A DNA stretch of 64,000 nt from OCS155 cluster bacterium AG-333-G23 (GCA_003282445.1 QBZE01000005.1:14172-78171); one strand, 5' to 3'. Positions 35,091-45,029 are shown, numbered from the stretch's first letter. Notes: generated from the sequence alone by a model not told the origin. Numbers and translations are program-made.

Positions 35091-36224
35091 ATGCTACAAA
35101 ATGACATTCTTTTAAAACACCTGTCAACTGTTATGGATCCTGAATTAGGGGTTAATATTGTTGACTTAGGTATGGTTAAAGATATAACTTATACAAACTC
35201 CGAAGTAACAATAGACCTTGCTTTAACAATTGCTGAATGTCCAATGAGAAACCAAATTGAAACGGAAATTAAAAGAAAACTTAAATTGATTGAAAATATT
35301 GAAGAAGTTTATATAAATGTAGTTGAAATGAGTAAAGAAGACAGGTCTTCCTTGATGACAATAGCTAGAAAAAATGCCCGGGATAATGCTATTCCAACAA
35401 ATATTAATACACGTACAAGAGTTATCGCTGTGGGAAGTGGTAAAGGGGGAGTTGGAAAATCTACAATCTCTACAAATCTTGCTGTAGGACTAGAAAATTT
35501 AGGTTTCACAACAGGATTGCTAGATGCAGATATTTGGGGTTTTTCGATACCACGATTACTAGGAATAGAAGGAAGATTGGAAGCAAATAAAGATAAGAAA
35601 ATAGTTCCATATAAAAGAGGAGGTCTTGAGGTTGTCTCCACAGGTTTAATTACTGATGATGAAGACACCGCTTTGATGTGGCGAGGTCTTATGTTGAGTA
35701 AAGCTCTTGAACAATTTTTATTTGATGTTGAGTGGGGCAATCTTGATTATCTAGTAATTGACTTGCCTCCAGGAACAGGTGATATCCAGATGGCTTTAGG
35801 TAGACTTTTACCACAAACGGAGTTGGTTGTAGTTACAACTCCTCAACTGAGTGCACAGAAAGTAGCTACAAGAGTTGCGGATATGGCTAAAAGAAGTTTT
35901 ATACCGCTTTTGGGTGTTGTTGAAAATATGTCTTATTTTGAGTCAGGTGATGGAAAAAAATATAATATTTTTGGTAAAGGTGGTGGGGATGAACTTTCTG
36001 AAAAATTTGGAATCCCTCTTCTAAGTAAGATCCCAATAAGTGAAGACTCTATAGAGGAGTCAGAAAATGGTACGCCTATTCTCTTACAAAACAATAAAAC
36101 CCCAACTAAAGAAGCCATGCAAGATCTTGTAAATACAATTATAAAAGTATTGCCTCCAGTCTCTGATGAAACATGTACAGGAAGATTAGCTAAAGTTCTT
36201 GAGGAATTAGAAGTAGAAGCTTAG
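35091..36224 (+). CDS. apbC: Mrp/ApbC/NBP35 Fe-S cluster carrier ATPase with an N-terminal DUF59 domain
   Basis: 377 aa. It has DPELGVNIVDLGMV (DUF59), GSGKGGVGKST (deviant Walker A) and DLPPGTGD. Confidence 0.9.
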   Translation: MLQNDILLKHLSTVMDPELGVNIVDLGMVKDITYTNSEVTIDLALTIAECPMRNQIETEIKRKLKLIENIEEVYINVVEMSKEDRSSLMTIARKNARDNAIPTNINTRTRVIAVGSGKGGVGKSTISTNLAVGLENLGFTTGLLDADIWGFSIPRLLGIEGRLEANKDKKIVPYKRGGLEVVSTGLITDDEDTALMWRGLMLSKALEQFLFDVEWGNLDYLVIDLPPGTGDIQMALGRLLPQTELVVVTTPQLSAQKVATRVADMAKRSFIPLLGVVENMSYFESGDGKKYNIFGKGGGDELSEKFGIPLLSKIPISEDSIEESENGTPILLQNNKTPTKEAMQDLVNTIIKVLPPVSDETCTGRLAKVLEELEVEA

Positions 36225-36229
36225 ATTTA

Positions 36230-37525
36230 ATGGAAAATATATCGGTAAACAATTTAGTTGAAGAATTTGAATCAAGCCTTCCAAGAGAAATCTCTATTTC
36301 AATAGCAAAAAATATTTTAAATTCGAAAATAAGTAAAGAAAATGCAATAAGTGAATATAAGAAAAATATTGGATTACTAGAAAAGAAAATACAGAGACAA
36401 GTTATTAATTGCACAGGGACTTTACTTCATACAAACCTAGGAAGAGCCCAAATAAACCCTCGGTTTACAGGAGGTGCTTCAAATATCGAATATGACTTAG
36501 ATCAACATAAAAGAGGCGAAAGAAACGAATATTTAACTTCTTCAATGAATTTATTACTTAACTCTGAAAATGTTTGTTTTGTTAACAATAATGCAGCAGC
36601 TTTATTTATCACTTTAAGCACAGTAAAGAATTCCTCTAACATAAAAAATGTAATTATATCCAGAGGAGAAATTATTGAAATTGGTGGTTCGTATAGGCTC
36701 CCTGAAATAATAGAATCTAGCGGATTAAAGCTTCAAGAAGTTGGTACAACTAACAAAACGGACATTAAAGATTATGAGAAAGCTTTGAAGTCTAACCCAG
36801 ACTCCATTCTGCTTAAAGTACACAGGTCTAATTTTTCAATTAAAGGTTTTACTAAAGAGGTGTCTATTAAAGAGCTTAAAACTCTATCTACAAAATATAA
36901 TGCACATCTTTTTCACGACCTTGGAAGTGGTCTTGTCGTTGATAGAAATTTTTTAGAGGCAAAAGAAATAGATATCTTCAACAACGAACCAACTGTTCAG
37001 GAGTCACTTGAAGACGGTTCAGATTTGGTTATGTTTTCAGGAGATAAATTATTTGGCTCTGTTCAGTCAGGAATAATTGCTGGAAAAGAAAACTTAGTCA
37101 AGGAGATTAAAAATGATCCTTTATTTAGAACATATAGGTGTTCACCTTTAATTCTTTTTGAATTACAAAATACAGTTAATAAATATATAGATAAAAATGA
37201 AATGTCTATACCTATTTGGTCTTCTTTGTTAATGAAATATGAAGAACTTCTAGCAAGAGTGGACGATATTTCAAAAAAAATATCAATTGATCATAAAATT
37301 TTTGATAGTGAGTCTTTGATTGGTGGGGGCACAATGCCCGATAAAAAACTTTTGACTCCTGCAATTGGTGTTCCAAGTAAAAATATTGATGAAGATTTAA
37401 GAATACTATCAAATCAAGAAATACCTTTAATACCAAGGATTTCAGAAGATAAAATAATAATAGACGTAAGAAGCTGTCCAGTAGAAGATGACGAAAAAAT
37501 AATAGAATTGCTAAATAAACTATGA
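36230..37525 (+). CDS. selA: L-seryl-tRNA(Sec) selenium transferase
   Basis: 431 aa. INCTGTLLHTNLGRA, VNNNAAA, SRGEIIEIGGSYRLPE, VGTTNKT and FSGDKLFGSVQSGIIAGK (PLP lysine) parallel E. coli SelA blocks. Confidence 0.85.
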   Translation: MENISVNNLVEEFESSLPREISISIAKNILNSKISKENAISEYKKNIGLLEKKIQRQVINCTGTLLHTNLGRAQINPRFTGGASNIEYDLDQHKRGERNEYLTSSMNLLLNSENVCFVNNNAAALFITLSTVKNSSNIKNVIISRGEIIEIGGSYRLPEIIESSGLKLQEVGTTNKTDIKDYEKALKSNPDSILLKVHRSNFSIKGFTKEVSIKELKTLSTKYNAHLFHDLGSGLVVDRNFLEAKEIDIFNNEPTVQESLEDGSDLVMFSGDKLFGSVQSGIIAGKENLVKEIKNDPLFRTYRCSPLILFELQNTVNKYIDKNEMSIPIWSSLLMKYEELLARVDDISKKISIDHKIFDSESLIGGGTMPDKKLLTPAIGVPSKNIDEDLRILSNQEIPLIPRISEDKIIIDVRSCPVEDDEKIIELLNKL

Positions 37526-39207
37526 CAGTGCTTGCGACAGCAGGTCATGTAGATCATGGGAAATCCACTTTTGTTAATTTTTTAACAAATCAAGAAACTG
37601 ACAGGTTAGCTGAAGAAAAAAAAAGAGGTTTAACAATAAACCTGGGTTATACGTATTTTAAGGATAAGGATCAAACGTACTCTATTGTTGATGTGCCCGG
37701 TCATAGTGATTTTTTTAAAAATACAGTTTCAGGTTTTTCAAATGCAAATGTAATTTTATTTATTATTGATTCAACTCAAGGTTGGTCTAAACAATCAGAA
37801 GAACACTTCAATACACTAGTTGAATTAGGTAAAGAAAATTTTATATTTGTTTACACAAAAATAGATTTGTTAGAACCATCAGCAACATACGATGCTTTAG
37901 ATAAAAAATCAGATAAGTTAAAAAAGTTAAACTACACAATCCTTGAATTTGATTTAAAAAACTCTAAAAGAGAGAATGTCATAAAAAAAATTGTTGAATT
38001 TATTAATAAATGTGAGTTTAAAAAAAATAATGCTTCTATGTGGGTGGATAGAAGTTTTATTATTGATGGAGTAGGACGAGTAGTTACAGGAACAGCAAAC
38101 TCAAATTTTCAAACTGATGATATATATTTTCCAGCTGAAGGTAATAAATTAGAAATCAAAGAATTACAAAGTTTAAATGAAAAATATAAAGATGGTTTAA
38201 ATTCAAAAAGAGTTGCTATTTCGCTCAAAAAAAATAATAAAATATTTCCAAAAAAAGGAGCTTTGTTAACAAATAATGAAATTGCTTTTACTAATTTATT
38301 ATTTGTAAAATTTAGAAATAAAGTAACCGATAAAAATTTTAACAGAGGTACCAGAAGAATTTTTATCGGAACAACAAGCGTTCTGATAAAAAATATTTGG
38401 AATATAAATTTAAAAACAAATACTTATGGATTAATTGAACTTAATAAAAAAATTCCAATTGTAAATAATGAAAGGTTTGTCATACAAAATATTGAAAATA
38501 ACAAATTTTTTGGAGGTGAATTTCTATTTTTTATAAATAATAAATTTCTAAAAAAGCATATTATTAATCTATCAATAAAGAAAATTAAAATAAATTCTCT
38601 ATTTGATTTATTCACTGTTCTTAAAAAAGGCTTTGTTCAGGACAGTATCAAAACTGTGAACATTGACGACTGGATTATAAAAGAAGATACTTTAAAAAAG
38701 ATTGAAACAGACATAGACCAAAACTACAAGGAAATAAATAAAGTCGGTTTTATTAAATATATGAATAGAGAATATTTTATAGATCAAGAATTTTTAGATA
38801 AAGTTATGAACAATTTTAAGAATATTAATATTTTTGAAGATCAAATAGCGATAAATTTAAACAATGAAGCAGTCGATAATGAAACATTTGAAGATATTAA
38901 AACAAAACTCGGTGAAAAATTAGAGGTTAATAAATTAGAGATAAATCAGTATGACAAAGAATCAATCAAATCATTGTTTTTAAATGAAAAAATTTACAGA
39001 ATATCAAAAAATATTATAATTGCAGATCTGCACCTAAAAATCCTAATTAAACACCTTGAGAAACTGCCTGTCGAATTTAGTGTTTCCGAATTTAAAGATC
39101 AAACTAAATTATCAAGAAAATATGCAATACCTATGCTGGAATTATTAGATAAGAAATTAATTACTTCTAAGATGAACGATTCAGGAGACCGGAAAAAATT
39201 AGTCTGA
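37522..39207 (+). CDS. selB: Selenocysteine-specific translation elongation factor
   Basis: 561 aa with an ATGA overlap with selA. The G-domain has AGHVDHGKST, DVPGH and TKID. The long C-terminal extension is as expected for SECIS-binding winged helices. Confidence 0.85.
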   Translation: MTVLATAGHVDHGKSTFVNFLTNQETDRLAEEKKRGLTINLGYTYFKDKDQTYSIVDVPGHSDFFKNTVSGFSNANVILFIIDSTQGWSKQSEEHFNTLVELGKENFIFVYTKIDLLEPSATYDALDKKSDKLKKLNYTILEFDLKNSKRENVIKKIVEFINKCEFKKNNASMWVDRSFIIDGVGRVVTGTANSNFQTDDIYFPAEGNKLEIKELQSLNEKYKDGLNSKRVAISLKKNNKIFPKKGALLTNNEIAFTNLLFVKFRNKVTDKNFNRGTRRIFIGTTSVLIKNIWNINLKTNTYGLIELNKKIPIVNNERFVIQNIENNKFFGGEFLFFINNKFLKKHIINLSIKKIKINSLFDLFTVLKKGFVQDSIKTVNIDDWIIKEDTLKKIETDIDQNYKEINKVGFIKYMNREYFIDQEFLDKVMNNFKNINIFEDQIAINLNNEAVDNETFEDIKTKLGEKLEVNKLEINQYDKESIKSLFLNEKIYRISKNIIIADLHLKILIKHLEKLPVEFSVSEFKDQTKLSRKYAIPMLELLDKKLITSKMNDSGDRKKLV

Positions 39208-39483
39208 AAAGACTAAATTTCTCTTTCTTTCAACTTCGTTCAATCCTCCCCAAATGCCAAAAGGTTCGGCAATTTCTTTTGCTTCGTCTAAACACTCGAT
39301 TCTGACAGGACACCCATTACATACAGCTTTTGCTTTTGCTTCTCTTTTTTCTCTATCTTCTTTTTTCTCAAATGTAGCAGGAGGAAAAAATAAGTTGCTA
39401 CTGTGTTGTCTACACATGGCATCATACTGCCAAGAGGAAACTTTTATTTCTAACATATAGGAACGATATTGAAAAAATAACAT
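39199..39483 (-). CDS. WhiB-family Fe-S transcription factor
   Basis: It shows the four-Cys pattern C-x(n)-CNGC-x5-C and GIWGG. The true start may be the internal MLEIKV. Its 3' end overlaps the selB 3' end by 9 nt. Confidence 0.8.
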   Translation of the reverse strand: MLFFQYRSYMLEIKVSSWQYDAMCRQHSSNLFFPPATFEKKEDREKREAKAKAVCNGCPVRIECLDEAKEIAEPFGIWGGLNEVERKRNLVFSD

Positions 39484-39532
39484 ATGGCAAAAGGTTTTTT
39501 TCGCGAAGTTTTGCTTGTATTTTCCTTATTTA

Positions 39533-40705
39533 TTAAATTATTAGGCTGCCTTCTTCTTCTTTAATAATATATTCTTCATTTACCTTGTACGTATTATCTT
39601 GCTTAGTATCTACCCTTATCTTGAGCTTCTTTACCTCAATCAGAACCGCGTCATTATCTAAGATCTCAATAATTTTACCTTTACTACCTTCAAAAGAAGT
39701 CATCGCACTTGTATCTGTAGTTAGCCTTGATCTAATAACTGTTGGTATTGCAATGAAGTAGAAGAATGCTAATCCAAGGGAAACCAGCCCCAAAAGAAAT
39801 TGATTAACTTCTATTTCATAATCTCTAAACATAAGAATTGACGATAAATATAACAATATAAAAGCCCCTATTCCTAATAATGAAAAGTACCCTCTAGACA
39901 AGATCTTTAGATAAACTAAAAATGAAATTATAAATAACACGATTCCAAAATAATTTATTCCAAACTCCTGAAAAGGCATGGTGGAGAAAATTACTAAAGA
40001 CCCCCCTATAAATGCCATTAGTCCCGGCCCTATTGCAAAGAGTTCTAAACCAATTAATGCAAAACCAAGAACAAAAAATAAGTAAGTAAAAATAGGATTA
40101 GAAATCGAAATATAAAATCTTTCAATTAATGAAGGTTTAATAAATTCAATTTCACTGGATGACTCATCTGAAGAGAGGTTTATATTGATTGATTGACCAG
40201 ATAAGTTGCTTAGAATATTTTCAGAACTTAAATTTTCAATAAAAGATCCAAGTGAGCCAACAATAATATATCCTTCATAAATACCTTCTTGATTGACTAC
40301 GCTTATTGTTCTATTTTCATAATTACAAATATTTATGGTGCAATATTGTGCTTCTATTGAATCAGTAAATTCTACATTTATTAAATTTACTCCAGGGGTA
40401 TAACCTACAAAGTCAAAGTTATTTATTGTATCAAAATCTAAATCAACTTTGTAAGGACCTACCCATAAAGCAGTATAGAAATCTTGACTTAATATTAAGT
40501 TGTTGAATTGTTGTAGCCTTTCTGAAGAAAATTGTTTTGAACTATATTGAACAATAAATAAATCATTTTTTTCATACTCAAATTCTTCAAAATGTCGTTC
40601 AACAGATCTTATGTGCGCTGATGAAAAGATGCCATCGACTTCAAAAATATTTACTTGAGCAACACTTATGGATGCTAAAACTATTGAAAAAATTATATTT
40701 ATCAT
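39533..40705 (-). CDS. NfeD-like membrane protein
   Basis: 390 aa. It has a signal-like N-terminus, a periplasmic domain, a block of 4-5 TM helices and a C-terminal OB-like tail (GSKGKIIEIL...). The NfeD call is tentative. Confidence 0.5.
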   Translation of the reverse strand: MINIIFSIVLASISVAQVNIFEVDGIFSSAHIRSVERHFEEFEYEKNDLFIVQYSSKQFSSERLQQFNNLILSQDFYTALWVGPYKVDLDFDTINNFDFVGYTPGVNLINVEFTDSIEAQYCTINICNYENRTISVVNQEGIYEGYIIVGSLGSFIENLSSENILSNLSGQSININLSSDESSSEIEFIKPSLIERFYISISNPIFTYLFFVLGFALIGLELFAIGPGLMAFIGGSLVIFSTMPFQEFGINYFGIVLFIISFLVYLKILSRGYFSLLGIGAFILLYLSSILMFRDYEIEVNQFLLGLVSLGLAFFYFIAIPTVIRSRLTTDTSAMTSFEGSKGKIIEILDNDAVLIEVKKLKIRVDTKQDNTYKVNEEYIIKEEEGSLII

Positions 40706-40749
40706 TATTTATTTAGTTTAAAATTACAGGATAGTATTCTTTTAAAACT

Positions 40750-41079
40750 GTGAAAATATTATTAATATCAGATAACGAATGGGTCAAGGAATCTTTGGAA
40801 AAGTATCTTGATTTTGATCATGAGTTAACTCATGAAAAAGAAAATACACAAATAGACTTTTATTTTGATTATATTTTTGTTGATATGCAGGTTCAAAATA
40901 ATGGGGGGCCATCGATAATTAGGGAGCTGAAAAGAAAGGATTCTACCAAGAATTCATTTTTTGTACTCCTTGCAGACAGAGAAGCTGATGAAATACAGGC
41001 TAAAAGAGTTGAATCTAATGGTTTTATGGTTAAGCCTATTACTAAAAGTAAAATAAATAATCTCTTTAATTTAAACTAA
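40750..41079 (+). CDS. Stand-alone response-regulator receiver (CheY-like)
   Basis: 109 aa with a GTG start. The blocks are ILLISDNE, the putative acceptor DYIFVDMQV, FFVLLAD and GFMVKPI. Confidence 0.55.
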   Translation: MKILLISDNEWVKESLEKYLDFDHELTHEKENTQIDFYFDYIFVDMQVQNNGGPSIIRELKRKDSTKNSFFVLLADREADEIQAKRVESNGFMVKPITKSKINNLFNLN

Positions 41080-41105
41080 GATGCTTTAAAATTTATATAT
41101 ACATA

Positions 41106-42362
41106 TTGAGTACTAACTTAGACATAATCCTATATTTACTAATCTTTACTTGTTTAGTTTTCTCTGCCTTGCTTTCTGGGTCTGAAACAGCAATTACATC
41201 ATTACCGAGAGAAAAAATTCACCAGCTTGATGACTCAAAAAAGAACAAACGAATAAAGCGTGCAAAAGATAAAATCGAAACAACAATTGGTGGAATACTT
41301 GTAGCAAACAACTTCGTAAACATACTTATGGCATCTCTAGCAACAATATTATTTGTAAGAAGATTTGGAGAAAGAACAGGTGGAATTTATGCGACACTCT
41401 TTATAACAATTCTTGTTCTTGTATTTGGAGAAGTTACACCAAAAACTCTTGCTACAAGAAAGCCCTTAGAATTCTTCTCTAGAACATCAATTCTTATAGA
41501 CTATCTTTCAAGAATTTTTGCACCTTTTACAAACTTAATTACTGGATCAATAAATAAGTACGGAACAAAAAATGTTGGTGATATGGACGGAGATAATGAA
41601 ATTACAGAAGCTGATATTCAAGCACTAACAGCTTTGGGTGAACAAGAAGGTCAAATATTGCCTGCAGAAAGAGAAATTATTGATTCTTTACTCGAATTTT
41701 CTGATAGACCTATTAAGGAAATCATGACTCCTAGAGTAGATGTTTTGTTCCTATCAACGCCATTATCTATAAAAGATGTAAGGGCAATAGTAAATGAAAA
41801 AAGAATCTCAAGAATGCCAGTTTCTAAAAGTGAATCTTTAGATGATACTTATGGGGTTGTATATGTAAAAGATCTTTTAAATCTTAAGCTTGATTCAGAT
41901 ACTTTAGAAATTGAAAATTTAGTTAAAGATGTAATTTATTTACCAGAATATACAACTGTTCTTTCAGCTTTAAATATATTAAGAGAAAACAAGGCTAGCT
42001 TTGCCTGTGTCATTGATGAAAATGGTGGAATTGAGGGTGTAATTACAATTAAAGATGTTCTTTCAGAATTTGTCGGTGACCTTCCAGATGAACACGATCA
42101 AAGATTTTCTGGAATCAGAAGGCTTGGACCAGGACAATGGAGAATTGATGGCAAGACTGATATTGATGATTTCGAAGAATTTTTTGGCTTAGAACCTAAT
42201 GTAAAAGACGTTGCTACTGTTGGTGGACTTTTCTTGAGTCATTCAGAGCAACTTCCAAACGAGGGTGAAAAGATTACTATTGATGGTCTTGAAATTACAG
42301 TACTAGATATTGAAGGTAGAAGAATCGATTCAGTTGTTGTGAAAAAGATAGCAAAGAAATAA
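41106..42362 (+). CDS. CNNM/TlyC/CorC-family protein (DUF21 + CBS pair + CorC_HlyC)
   Basis: 418 aa with a TTG start. It has GSETAITS, FGEVTPK, the block IMTPRVDV... before the CBS pair, and a C-terminal CorC transporter-associated domain. Confidence 0.85.
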   Translation: MSTNLDIILYLLIFTCLVFSALLSGSETAITSLPREKIHQLDDSKKNKRIKRAKDKIETTIGGILVANNFVNILMASLATILFVRRFGERTGGIYATLFITILVLVFGEVTPKTLATRKPLEFFSRTSILIDYLSRIFAPFTNLITGSINKYGTKNVGDMDGDNEITEADIQALTALGEQEGQILPAEREIIDSLLEFSDRPIKEIMTPRVDVLFLSTPLSIKDVRAIVNEKRISRMPVSKSESLDDTYGVVYVKDLLNLKLDSDTLEIENLVKDVIYLPEYTTVLSALNILRENKASFACVIDENGGIEGVITIKDVLSEFVGDLPDEHDQRFSGIRRLGPGQWRIDGKTDIDDFEEFFGLEPNVKDVATVGGLFLSHSEQLPNEGEKITIDGLEITVLDIEGRRIDSVVVKKIAKK

Positions 42363-42391
42363 GATTTTTATAATCAACTAAACTCAATAGT

Positions 42392-42664
42392 ATGGCATTA
42401 TTTTGGCAAATCGTATCATTACTATCTGTATGGTTACTTTATGGACTGGCAGCTTCTTTTTTCGTTAAAAATGTTAATAAAAGAGACTACCTTCTTTTAA
42501 TCTCTTCCGGTCTAATTGGCGGTTTGCTTGGAGGTAGAATTGGCAATATTTTAGATATACCAGAAAACATTTGGTGGCTTAGGGAAGTTATTAAATTTGG
42601 AATAACGATACTTTCTATGCATACTCTTCATAATGTTTTCAAATGGAGAAAATATAAAAAGTAG
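42392..42664 (+). CDS. Small membrane protein (GlsB/YeaQ/YmgE-like, tentative)
   Basis: 90 aa with 2-3 TM segments and a glycine-rich helix, LIGGLLGGRIGNIL. Confidence 0.4.
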   Translation: MALFWQIVSLLSVWLLYGLAASFFVKNVNKRDYLLLISSGLIGGLLGGRIGNILDIPENIWWLREVIKFGITILSMHTLHNVFKWRKYKK

Positions 42665-42946
42665 TTATTTTTTAGGAATTCTTGCTGCTTTTAAAAGATT
42701 TCCATTTTCATCTATCAATCCGCACCTTTTAGAAAGTAATTTTGGATTAAATGAAAATAAATTTTTTTTCCATGTTGCAATATATCCATAACCACCAACA
42801 GCATCCAACCTTTCTGTTGCTTCATCTAATTCAGCAGTTGAAGGTGCAACAACAATAGGGAGGTCATCTTGATAAAGTGCATCCCAATCTTCTGAGATTG
42901 AGGCCTTCCCTGATTTGAGAAGTATATTAAGAATATCTTCAGTCAT
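42665..42946 (-). CDS. Hypothetical 93-aa protein, last gene of the mtl-ptsH operon
   Basis: It overlaps ptsH by 8 nt. No family was recognised. Confidence 0.45.
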   Translation of the reverse strand: MTEDILNILLKSGKASISEDWDALYQDDLPIVVAPSTAELDEATERLDAVGGYGYIATWKKNLFSFNPKLLSKRCGLIDENGNLLKAARIPKK

Positions 42947-43199
42947 CTTTTGAAATCAATTCTTCAAACTTTAACATATATTCTTCTTCATTTTGTCCAT
43001 TCAAAGTTAAGTCAAATGAAGTATCTTTTTTAATTCCTAGCTTTAATATCCCAATCATGCTTTTGCCATCTACTTCCTGGTCGTTATAAGAAATAATTAC
43101 TTCTCCATCAAACTCTTGAGCTATTTTAACAAACTCAGCTGCAGGTCTTGCATGTAGCCCCACAGAGGATCTAATAGTTAAGTTTTTTGTAACTGACAT
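42939..43199 (-). CDS. ptsH: Phosphocarrier protein HPr
   Basis: 86 aa. It has SVGLHARPA (His15 site) and DGKSMIGIL (Ser46 region). Confidence 0.85.
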   Translation of the reverse strand: MSVTKNLTIRSSVGLHARPAAEFVKIAQEFDGEVIISYNDQEVDGKSMIGILKLGIKKDTSFDLTLNGQNEEEYMLKFEELISKDD

Positions 43200-43203
43200 C
43201 TAA

Positions 43204-44277
43204 TTATTTTAACTTGCTTAAATATATTTCCAAATGACTATCAACGTTCCAAAAATCTGTAAAAAACTCTTCTATACCATTTTGAAATAATTTTTTAAAT
43301 TCTTTAAATCCATCTATATCGTCTAAATCTTTATTTAATAAAATTTGAAATACTGATTGAAAGGTTTCTACATTTGAACTGTTTTTCAATAACAAATCTA
43401 GTGGTGCATGAAATCTTTCAGATTTATTAAATTTTATTAAGGGATTTCTAGCAACACGAATGAGTTCATCTTTTACTTCTGGAGCAGAAAATCGTTTGAG
43501 AATTGTTTGCTTATAAGCATCAACATCTTTAGTGGCTCTGTCAAACAGCAGGTAAGCTTCTCCCAATGAGTTGATTGCATTTTTTGAGAACTCAATATTT
43601 TTGACATCATCAAAAAGTTCATGCATAAATCTCTTATTGTTAGCTAAGCCATAATAAGCTAGCTGAAGATGCAGTCCATTTAAAATCCACAATTTTTTTA
43701 TAAACTCTTTTTCATAGTCTCCATAACTCACAACTTCTGATGATTTAAAAGGTTTAATTGGTTGTTCTTCTAATACGATAGAACCAAACTCTTCGACAAT
43801 AACATCAAGTGACTCTGTTGATTGTGGAGGGACAATTTTATCAACTACAGCATCGATAATATCTAGTTTGTCTATCTCAATTTTTGCTTCATTATATGCT
43901 ATTGATGAAGCTCTATATTTATTCTCAAAGGCTACAAATACTGGGCTTTTTTCGAATTCTACATTCGCCATACTGTTAATCACACTTATTAAGTGATTTG
44001 GTCCAACAGAAGTGGTTATTAAGTCTGCTTTTGATAAAGCTAATTCCAAGTCGGTTAAATTATTTAATTCAATTCCAGAAAAGTTTTCAACGAGCAAAGT
44101 ATTTTCTTTAGTGTTAAGAAAATTCGATACTTTATATTGATTTACTGAATTTAATTTAGAGATTAAAAGACTATCAACGTCAACAAAAGTAACTTCAAAT
44201 CCATTGTCTTGAAGGACGGGAGCTATAAATCCCCGTCCAATATTTCCTGCACCAAAGTGGACTGACAGCTTATCCAT
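43204..44277 (-). CDS. mtlD: Mannitol-1-phosphate 5-dehydrogenase
   Basis: 357 aa. VHFGAGNIGRGFIAPVLQDNGFEVTFVDV closely parallels the E. coli MtlD N-terminus. Confidence 0.8.
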   Translation of the reverse strand: MDKLSVHFGAGNIGRGFIAPVLQDNGFEVTFVDVDSLLISKLNSVNQYKVSNFLNTKENTLLVENFSGIELNNLTDLELALSKADLITTSVGPNHLISVINSMANVEFEKSPVFVAFENKYRASSIAYNEAKIEIDKLDIIDAVVDKIVPPQSTESLDVIVEEFGSIVLEEQPIKPFKSSEVVSYGDYEKEFIKKLWILNGLHLQLAYYGLANNKRFMHELFDDVKNIEFSKNAINSLGEAYLLFDRATKDVDAYKQTILKRFSAPEVKDELIRVARNPLIKFNKSERFHAPLDLLLKNSSNVETFQSVFQILLNKDLDDIDGFKEFKKLFQNGIEEFFTDFWNVDSHLEIYLSKLK

Positions 44278-44702
44278 TAGCTAAAAAGCTCGTATATCTT
44301 ATCAACTGAATCAATCTCCCATATCTTTTTCGCGTCTTCAGGATCTTCTATTAGCTCAGCGAGCTTACTTAAAACATCCATGTGTTCATCATCTTTAGCA
44401 GCTATCCCAACAATTATATGGGCCCTCTCACCATTCCAATCTACTCCTGTTTCAGATTGAATTATTGATATTGCTGTTTCATTAATATATTTTTTTCCAT
44501 CTTCCATACCATGGGGTATGGCTACCCCATTTCCTATATAAGTTGCAAAACCCTCATTTGCTAATTTATCAAGCATTGAATCAATGTACTCTTCTTGGAT
44601 GCTGCCCGAGTCTTGTAGTAATTTACCAGCTAGTATTGTTGCTTCTTCTTTGCTTGAAAGTTCTTGTGATACAGCAATTGCTGTTTTTTTTAGAATTTCC
44701 AT
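44277..44702 (-). CDS. PTS mannitol-specific EIIA
   Basis: 141 aa. It has GNGVAIPHG (phospho-His) and HIIVGIAAKDDEH, as in the MtlA C-terminal domain. Confidence 0.85.
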   Translation of the reverse strand: MEILKKTAIAVSQELSSKEEATILAGKLLQDSGSIQEEYIDSMLDKLANEGFATYIGNGVAIPHGMEDGKKYINETAISIIQSETGVDWNGERAHIIVGIAAKDDEHMDVLSKLAELIEDPEDAKKIWEIDSVDKIYELFS

Positions 44703-44705
44703 TAT

Positions 44706-45029
44706 TTAAGCTGAGTGAATATCATTCCCTTGAGATAAATCATCAACCAATTTATTTATAGCTGGATCATTCATAAACATATTAAATGTAACTACTACTG
44801 AATTTTCTGCTACTTCTCTCGCTCTTCCAGCAAGGCCCTGGTGCGCTACAACTACATCGGCATCTGCTGGGATTTGATTTACTGGAGAATGTTCAACATT
44901 TATATCTAATCCTGCTTTAGTTAACTTTTTTATTAAACCATTTTTTACCATCAGACTTGAACCCATGCCAGCTTCACATGCTAAAACTATTTTATTTACT
45001 TCACTTGAAGGTATTGACTCTTTACTCAT
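44706..45029 (-). CDS. PTS mannitol-specific EIIB
   Basis: 107 aa. KIVLACEAGMGSS holds the phospho-Cys loop of the MtlA EIIB domain. An AGAGGAG SD lies upstream. Confidence 0.8.
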   Translation of the reverse strand: MSKESIPSSEVNKIVLACEAGMGSSLMVKNGLIKKLTKAGLDINVEHSPVNQIPADADVVVAHQGLAGRAREVAENSVVVTFNMFMNDPAINKLVDDLSQGNDIHSA

